Shown here piece by piece: positions 1 to 3,701 of a stretch of DNA of 8,070 nt. A model generated the notes under the pieces. The model was not told the DNA's origin, ran no database searches, and saw only the letters and a program-made list of their open reading frames with translations. The position numbers were made by a program, and so were the translations under genes. Positions within the stretch are counted from its first letter, which is position 1. Each line of letters opens with the position of its first letter. The DNA is taken from the NCBI GenBank assembly GCA_028713935.1, contig JAQTNI010000051.1, positions 1 through 8,070 of the forward strand. Reading direction: 5' to 3'. The DNA comes from Candidatus Iainarchaeum sp. (GTDB lineage: Archaea > Iainarchaeota > Iainarchaeia > Iainarchaeales > GCA-2688035).

Positions 1-237
1 GTGCTTGCGCTTACAACAAGAGACATAAAATCAATTGTACTGCTTGGAATTGCAGCAGCAGTAATCTATTTAGTGGCAGACAACCTGAAAGAACTATGGC
101 CATTCGTAGTGTTTGGGTTAATCATTCTCGCAATTATCTTCGGAGTAGGCAAAAAACAGGAGGCTTCTCCCTATCCAATGGACATGGGCTTAGGCGGAGG
201 AATGGACGAAGGGCTTCCGCCAATGGGCTTCGGCTAG
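1..237 (+). CDS. Small predicted membrane protein (2 TM helices plus a Gly/Met/Pro-rich tail), possibly 5'-truncated at the window edge
   Basis: The frame is open from position 1 (the first codon, GTG, may be internal) and ends at stop TAG 235-237. There are two hydrophobic stretches (SIVLLGIAAAVIYLVA and WPFVVFGLIILAIIFGV), followed by PMDMGLGGGMDEGLPPMGFG. I recognise no family. The overlapping frames translate to Cys/Arg/Phe-rich junk. Confidence 0.5.
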   Translation: MLALTTRDIKSIVLLGIAAAVIYLVADNLKELWPFVVFGLIILAIIFGVGKKQEASPYPMDMGLGGGMDEGLPPMGFG

Positions 238-239
238 GC

Positions 240-259
240 CTTTTCTCTAAAGAGAAAAG
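240..259. terminator. Short hairpin just after the ORF1 stop: CTTTTCTCT-aa-AGAGAAAAG (9-nt perfect arms)
   Basis: Hand-checked: 240-248 is the exact reverse complement of 251-259. It lies 3 nt after the TAG stop. The stem is pyrimidine-rich then purine-rich, like the palindromes at 747-773 and 1414-1440. No function is demonstrated. Confidence 0.3.
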
Positions 260-273
260 CCCTGGGAAAAGAG

Positions 274-292
274 CAATTTGCTTTGCAAATTG
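274..292. promoter_or_regulatory. Palindrome CAATTTGC-ttt-GCAAATTG upstream of the 335-739 gene (candidate protein-binding site or RNA hairpin)
   Basis: Arms 274-281 and 285-292 are exact reverse complements. The element sits 43-61 nt upstream of ATG 335. A TATA-like ATTTAAAC follows at 314-321. Confidence 0.25.
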
Positions 293-334
293 TGGTTCGC
301 TTCGCTCACACGAATTTAAACAAAAGGCACAGAT

Positions 335-739
335 ATGTTTGCAATAATTTTTCTTGGGCTGATTGCTGCAGCGGCAATTCTTTTTGAAACAGGGCAGGCT
401 GCAATAGGAATTGCCTGCATAATAGCGGCGCTTCTTTTTGCAACAGCAAAAATACTGCAAAAACTCGGCTCTGCAACAAAAAAAACAGCAAAAGCGCTTG
501 GAAGGGGCGTTCCCGAAGAAGTGGAAAAAGCGGAAGGCCAATTCCCAAGCAATGCAATCTGGGAAGAAGGCTTAAAAGAAATGGGCGACAAAGCCGGAAA
601 ACAATTGTTTGCACCCGGAGATTACCCTTACAAACGGGGCAAGATGGAAAGCTACAGGTGGGTTTACAAAGGCAATGCAGGCGCCTCGGCAGGAATAAAA
701 AAACTTGCAGAAGCATTCAAAAAACTAATGGGAATGTGA
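335..739 (+). CDS. Hypothetical membrane-anchored protein (N-terminal 2-TM hairpin, soluble Lys/Gly-rich C-terminal part)
   Basis: ATG 335, TGA 737-739, 134 aa. The N-terminus MFAIIFLGLIAAAAILFETGQAAIGIACIIAALLFATA is strongly hydrophobic, and the remainder has ordinary soluble composition. The competing antisense ORFs (134-541, 306-716, 316-591) are Cys/Phe/Leu-rich and implausible. Confidence 0.65.
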   Translation: MFAIIFLGLIAAAAILFETGQAAIGIACIIAALLFATAKILQKLGSATKKTAKALGRGVPEEVEKAEGQFPSNAIWEEGLKEMGDKAGKQLFAPGDYPYKRGKMESYRWVYKGNAGASAGIKKLAEAFKKLMGM

Positions 740-746
740 TTCTGCC

Positions 747-773
747 CTTTTCTTTTTTTGAAAAAAAGAAAAG
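747..773. terminator. Bidirectional terminator candidate between convergent genes: perfect palindrome CTTTTCTTTTTTT-g-AAAAAAAGAAAAG
   Basis: The 13-nt arms (747-759 and 761-773) are exact reverse complements by hand check. This gives a T7 run on the + strand and a T7 run on the - strand. The element lies between the stop of 335-739 (+) and the stop of 823-1305 (-). Archaeal termination is known to use oligo-T tracts. Confidence 0.5.
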
Positions 774-822
774 TGCAAGGTGCCCAAAAGAAAAAAGCTT
801 GAATTTTTGATAAACAGAACTA

Positions 823-1305
823 TTATAATTTTTCAACAATTTTCCTATTGGCTTCCAAGATTTTTTCCAGCAGGGATTTTGAAGCAGAAGCCATTGCCTT
901 TAAGTCGGAAACCTGTTTTTCCAAATCAAAAATTTTTTGGTTCAACAAGGCCAATTGGGAAGCAAGATCCTGATTGCTTGGCCCGACTGAAATTGCATCA
1001 ATTTTTTCATGCAGGCCTGAAACAGACTGGTGCAGGGAATCAATTTTTTCAGAATGCTCATCAAGCGTGTTATGGGTGACAGTATGAAGCAATTCCTGGG
1101 TTGCCTGTGCATCATCAGGAAACTGTGAATGCGAAGTTTCTTTTTGGGCAGGCACTCCTTTTACCTGCAAAAGATACTGCCTGATTTCATTCTCGCCAAG
1201 GCCGATGTCTTCCAGGGTTTTGACAATAACCTTGTCTTCAATTCCGGAATCCACCATTCTTTTAACAGTGCTTACCACGACTTCTTCGTTAACCGTAAAA
1301 ACCAC
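823..1305 (-). CDS. Hypothetical coiled-coil protein with a small N-terminal helical (UBA-like?) domain; paralog-like to the 3069-3572 product
   Basis: The 160-aa ORF starts at GTG (1303-1305) and stops at TAA (823-825). An alternative start is ATG at 1255-1257 (M17). A TTTAATAA box on the - strand at 1322-1329 suggests a leaderless or short-leader mRNA, so the exact start is uncertain. The C-terminal 80 aa show heptad-like repeats: SEKIDSLHQSVSGL, HEKIDAIS and NQKIFDLEKQVSDL. Composition is normal, unlike the antisense ORFs 780-1079 and 1129-1380. Confidence 0.75.
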   Translation of the reverse strand: MVFTVNEEVVVSTVKRMVDSGIEDKVIVKTLEDIGLGENEIRQYLLQVKGVPAQKETSHSQFPDDAQATQELLHTVTHNTLDEHSEKIDSLHQSVSGLHEKIDAISVGPSNQDLASQLALLNQKIFDLEKQVSDLKAMASASKSLLEKILEANRKIVEKL

Positions 1306-1338
1306 TCCGAATTAAGCCTGTTTATTAAAGATTTGGGA

Positions 1339-1440
1339 TTTCTTTCTTTTGGCTCACAATGTCAAGCAAAGAAACATTGAAACAATATTTGATTGTTTGA
1401 CATTGTGCTTGCATTTTCTTTCTTTTTCAAAGAAAGAAAA
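1339..1440. repeat. Nested dyad-symmetric element of unknown function (candidate operator or structured RNA) in a divergent intergenic region
   Basis: All elements were hand-checked. An exact 12-nt direct repeat TTTCTTTCTTTT occurs at 1339-1350 and 1415-1426. The inverted repeat CACAATGTCAAGCAA (1355-1369) / TTGTTTGACATTGTG (1393-1407) matches at 14 of 15 positions with a 23-nt spacer. That spacer contains the tandem GAAACATT GAAACAAT (1371-1386). A perfect 12-nt-arm palindrome TTTTCTTTCTTT-ttc-AAAGAAAGAAAA spans 1414-1440. Confidence 0.5.
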
Positions 1441-1487
1441 GGCAGAGGCAAAATTATATATCCACGTTTATATTATATAATTACCCA

Positions 1488-1495
1488 TTTAAATA
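1488..1495 (+). promoter_or_regulatory. TATA box candidate (TTTAAATA) for the 1529-3061 gene
   Basis: It is an exact match to the archaeal TTTAWATA consensus, 34-41 nt upstream of the TTG start at 1529, which implies a short 5' leader. The surrounding region 1451-1500 is very AT-rich and has further TATA-like strings (AAATTATATA at 1451-1460, TTTATATTATATAA at 1467-1480). Confidence 0.4.
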
Positions 1496-1528
1496 AATTG
1501 ACTTTTAGGCATAACACAAAAAAAGGGA

Positions 1529-3061
1529 TTGAATTTGGAATTTCTCATCAAGGAAGGCCCATGGAGGGAATTATTCAAGGGAACAGTGGAGTCCCATGAA
1601 ATAGGGATTTATACAAACCCGAATCTGACTGTGCTTGTTTCCATTGTTGAAAAAGAAGGCGACGTTCCCATTGGGCTTGTCCTGGAAGCCTACAAGGTTT
1701 TTCACGCAACCGGAGAACTTGAGGCTTTTGTGTCGGCATTGCCAAAAGAAGCAACCGCAATAATAAAGCACAGCGAACATGAAACTGAAAAATTCCTGCT
1801 CATTGCATCAAAGCCAAGCTATGCGAGTTATGACGAGGAAAAAATAAACATTGAGCTTGAAGAAATTCTTCGGAACCTTGAACAAAGCTCTGAAATCCTG
1901 AAAAACATTACAATTGCCTATGAATTGGACCTTACAGAAATAAAAGAAGCACCCGACGAAATAAAAGAGGCTTTTTTTTCACAGCCATTATTGATGCAGA
2001 TGCTTTCACCAAAATACAAAAAAATAACTGCGCTTGCAGAAGAGCGCAGGGCAATCAGCTTCGGCGAAGTTTCGCTCGGCCTTGCAAAAGACGGAAAGGC
2101 AGTAAAAGAGCCGATGGCAATTTTCAAAAAAACAATAATTTCCGAAGGAAAAAAATCCGAAAGAATGCACGCAATGCACGTACTGATAGAAGGATGCATG
2201 CTTTCAGGGGCAACAGCAATAATTCTTGACTGGGACAATGCCTTTTCAGGGCTTTCAAAGCCCACAAAAAACACTCTTGAACTCCAGAAATTCGGCCTGG
2301 AAATAGACCCGATTGGATTTCCAGTAAAAGATTTTTTTGTGGGAGAACAGATAAAAACTGAAATTTCAACAATCAGCCCCGCGGGCTTTCCCGCAATTTT
2401 CGGCCTGGGCGACAATCCTGCAAGCAAAAAAATTTCCGAATTAATGGGAACACAAAAATTCGGCTCAATGGAGGCATTCATGAAAAAGGTTTCAGAAGAA
2501 AAAATTGAAACCCATTTTAATGACTACCAAAAACACTGCGCATTAAGGTTCCTGCTGCTTGTGAACGAGATGTATGCAAACCTTTTTGGGGAGCAAATGG
2601 ACGTAAAAAAAATTTCCGAAGGCGGAATACAGGGCATAAGCAGGGCAAGCATTATTCACCCTGAAAACAATGACGACAGGGAAAAACTATTTGTGCTGGA
2701 TTCCCTTTTGAACTGTTTTTTGGAGCATTTTTCAAAAAAAGGCGAATTGAAAAACCTCAGGGCAATTGTTTTCATTCCCAATGCATCAAAATTCCTTGCA
2801 AGGGAAGAACAGAACAAAATTGCAGAAGAAATAACAGAAGACCTGAAAAAACTTGAAAAATACGGCATTGGCTTTATATTGGAAACTGAAAAAGAAATAG
2901 AGCTCCAGCCAGCAGTAAGGGAAATCGCAGAAACAAGGGTAATTCTCATAAAAGAAAACGATGCCGGAATCCATGTAAAAGACGAAAAAGTATACCGCGT
3001 GGAACTCAGGCCAGGCCTAAGCACCTGCAGCGAAACAACAGAAACAGAACAAAAAAAATAA
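1529..3061 (+). CDS. Hypothetical protein; C-terminal ~310 aa resemble a HerA/FtsK-superfamily (DUF87-like) P-loop NTPase domain with degenerate Walker A and Walker B (putative pseudo-ATPase)
   Basis: The 510-aa ORF has a TTG start at 1529 (no in-frame ATG for ~150 codons; TTG at 1535 is an alternative) and stop TAA at 3059-3061. Several segments are collinear with my remembered HerA/DUF87 consensus. TIISEGKKSERMHAMHVLIEG..ATAIILDWDNAF (aa 202-239) aligns with hIhGxTGSGKSxxxxxLhE...hhIhDPHGEY. RAIVFIPNASKFLA (aa 411-424) aligns with hhhhIEEAHxFhP. KYGIGFILETEKEIELQPAVREIAETRVILIKEND (aa 444-478) aligns with RKFGhGhhhhSQRPSxhxxxhLSQCnTxIhhRhxxxxD. No GxxxxGK[ST] occurs anywhere in the protein; the only GK dipeptides are GKA and GKK. 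This assignment is pattern recognition, not a search result. Confidence 0.8.
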   Translation: MNLEFLIKEGPWRELFKGTVESHEIGIYTNPNLTVLVSIVEKEGDVPIGLVLEAYKVFHATGELEAFVSALPKEATAIIKHSEHETEKFLLIASKPSYASYDEEKINIELEEILRNLEQSSEILKNITIAYELDLTEIKEAPDEIKEAFFSQPLLMQMLSPKYKKITALAEERRAISFGEVSLGLAKDGKAVKEPMAIFKKTIISEGKKSERMHAMHVLIEGCMLSGATAIILDWDNAFSGLSKPTKNTLELQKFGLEIDPIGFPVKDFFVGEQIKTEISTISPAGFPAIFGLGDNPASKKISELMGTQKFGSMEAFMKKVSEEKIETHFNDYQKHCALRFLLLVNEMYANLFGEQMDVKKISEGGIQGISRASIIHPENNDDREKLFVLDSLLNCFLEHFSKKGELKNLRAIVFIPNASKFLAREEQNKIAEEITEDLKKLEKYGIGFILETEKEIELQPAVREIAETRVILIKENDAGIHVKDEKVYRVELRPGLSTCSETTETEQKK

Positions 3062-3088
3062 TCAAATTTTATTTCTTTTTTGCTTTTT
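3051..3088. terminator. Overlapping convergent oligo-T terminators embedded in the Lys-rich 3' ends of both genes
   Basis: The stops of the + gene (3059-3061) and the - gene (3069-3071) are 7 nt apart. An A8 run at 3051-3058 encodes the ..QKK tail of the + gene and reads as T8 downstream of the - gene. The T6 (3076-3081) and T5 (3084-3088) runs lie downstream of the + gene and encode the KAKKK tail of the - gene. Confidence 0.4.
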
Positions 3089-3572
3089 CAAGCCTTTCGT
3101 CAATCATGTCCCTCACTTGTGAAAGAGTAGTGAATTCAAGGGGATTGATTGAATCGATTATATACTTTAGTTCCTGCAATTGTTCCTGTGAAGCGGCCGA
3201 GCCTCTAAGCTGGGAAAACTGGGCTTCAAGCTCAAGGATTTTTTTGTTCATTTCCTCGAGCCTTGCAACCACTGCCTCTGCATCGCCACTGCCAAGCCCT
3301 GTTCCAGAAGAAAACTGGCCAGAAGAAAGCTTGTCTTCAAGGCCTGAAATTTTTTTGTTCAAAACAATGAGGTTTCTGCCCAAAATTTTTTCGTTCCTTA
3401 CAAGGTATTTCATTTTTTGGGTTATAATCAGGATAGAGCTGCTCAGGCTTCTTATGTCCTCCCTGATAGCGGTGATTACGCCAATTGCCTTTTGGGGAAC
3501 CTGGCCCTGGCTTCCGCCTCGCGAATGCCCCTGTGCCTGCTGTGACTGTGTCCCTGAAAAATCCTGTGCCAT
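3069..3572 (-). CDS. Hypothetical coiled-coil protein with a Gln/Gly/Ser-rich N-terminus; paralog-like to the 823-1305 product
   Basis: The ORF track starts it at TTG 3584. I prefer the ATG at 3570-3572 (MAQDFSG..., 167 aa), because TTATTAGTATA on the - strand (about 3595-3608) is placed correctly for a leaderless transcript. Stop is TAA at 3069-3071. The protein contains NEKILGRNL, NKKISGLEDKLSSG and NKKILELEAQFSQL repeats. The antisense ORF 3106-3639 (+) is Cys/Trp/Ser-rich junk. Confidence 0.75.
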   Translation of the reverse strand: MAQDFSGTQSQQAQGHSRGGSQGQVPQKAIGVITAIREDIRSLSSSILIITQKMKYLVRNEKILGRNLIVLNKKISGLEDKLSSGQFSSGTGLGSGDAEAVVARLEEMNKKILELEAQFSQLRGSAASQEQLQELKYIIDSINPLEFTTLSQVRDMIDERLEKAKKK

Positions 3573-3631
3573 AAAAAAAACCAATAAAGCAAATTGTATA
3601 CTAATAACAGAATTCTTATTATTAAAACCTA

Positions 3632-3656
3632 CTGCCTAATGCAAGGCAGCTTTTTT
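3632..3656 (+). terminator. Intrinsic-terminator-like hairpin (CTGCCT-aatgca-AGGCAG) followed by C+T6, 46 nt upstream of the polB start; function unknown
   Basis: Stem arms 3632-3637 and 3644-3649 are exact reverse complements, followed by a T6 run at 3651-3656. The hairpin lies inside the divergent promoter region between the 3069-3572 gene (-) and polB (+), with no + strand gene upstream for it to terminate. Confidence 0.3.
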
Positions 3657-3660
3657 ATTT

Positions 3661-3680
3661 CAAAAATTATTAATAAAAGC
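3661..3680 (+). promoter_or_regulatory. polB promoter candidate (purine-rich BRE-like CAAAAA plus TATA-like TTATTAATAAAA)
   Basis: The AT-rich box at about 3667-3678 is centred ~28-30 nt upstream of ATG 3702. This spacing is typical of leaderless archaeal mRNAs. Confidence 0.4.
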
Positions 3681-3701
3681 TTGCTTGCAATTAGTAAATA
3701 C

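Noticed and set aside
96-716. ORFs overlapping the two small membrane-protein genes (96-347 +, 134-541 -, 306-716 -, 316-591 -)
   Set aside because: They are Arg/Cys/Phe-rich, mutually overlapping and without signals. The chosen + frames give clean TM hairpins. The small-gene calls themselves remain only moderately confident.
780-1380. The + strand ORFs 780-1079 and 1129-1380, antisense to the 823-1305 gene
   Set aside because: They have junk-like composition (Phe/Gln/Pro-rich, many Cys/His). The - strand product has coherent heptad repeats shared with a second gene.
1339-1440. A MITE-like miniature mobile element bounded by TTTCTTTCTTTT / AAAGAAAGAAAA inverted termini
   Set aside because: The termini are low-complexity. 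No target-site duplication is visible and no second copy occurs in the window. This cannot be supported without the whole genome.
1306-1528. A replication origin (inverted repeats plus an AT-rich stretch and GAAAC repeats)
   Set aside because: There is no adjacent orc1/cdc6 gene. The inverted repeats do not resemble the ORB or mini-ORB sequences I know, and they do not flank the AT-rich tract. The AT-rich part is adequately explained by promoters. I kept it only as an unexplained regulatory element.
1393-1599. A 68-aa + ORF spanning the intergenic repeats and the start of the 510-aa gene
   Set aside because: It crosses the palindrome and the TATA-rich promoter region, overlaps the better-supported gene out of frame, and has an implausible sequence.
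1918-2481. Long antisense ORFs inside the HerA-like gene and polB (for example 1918-2481, 2656-3024, 3743-4210, 3918-4397, 4599-5111, 5432-5803, all - strand)
   Set aside because: This is the typical antisense of Lys/Glu-rich (AAR/GAR) coding sequence. The products are Phe/Ser/Leu/Cys-rich, have no motifs, and lie fully within strongly supported genes.
3106-3639. A 177-aa + strand ORF overlapping the 3069-3572 gene
   Set aside because: Its translation is Cys/Trp/Ser/Pro-rich (…CPCACCDCVPEKSC…) with no plausible fold. The - strand frame gives a normal coiled-coil protein with a promoter-like box and a paralog in the window.
3594-3701. A 36-codon N-terminal extension of polB (MYTNNRILIIKTYCLMQGSFFISKIINKSLLAISKY) implied by the ORF-track start at 3594
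   Set aside because: The extension runs through the hairpin/T6 and the TATA-like box and has odd composition. PolB homologs begin right at the M-x-ILD-x-DY-type sequence, which corresponds to ATG 3702.
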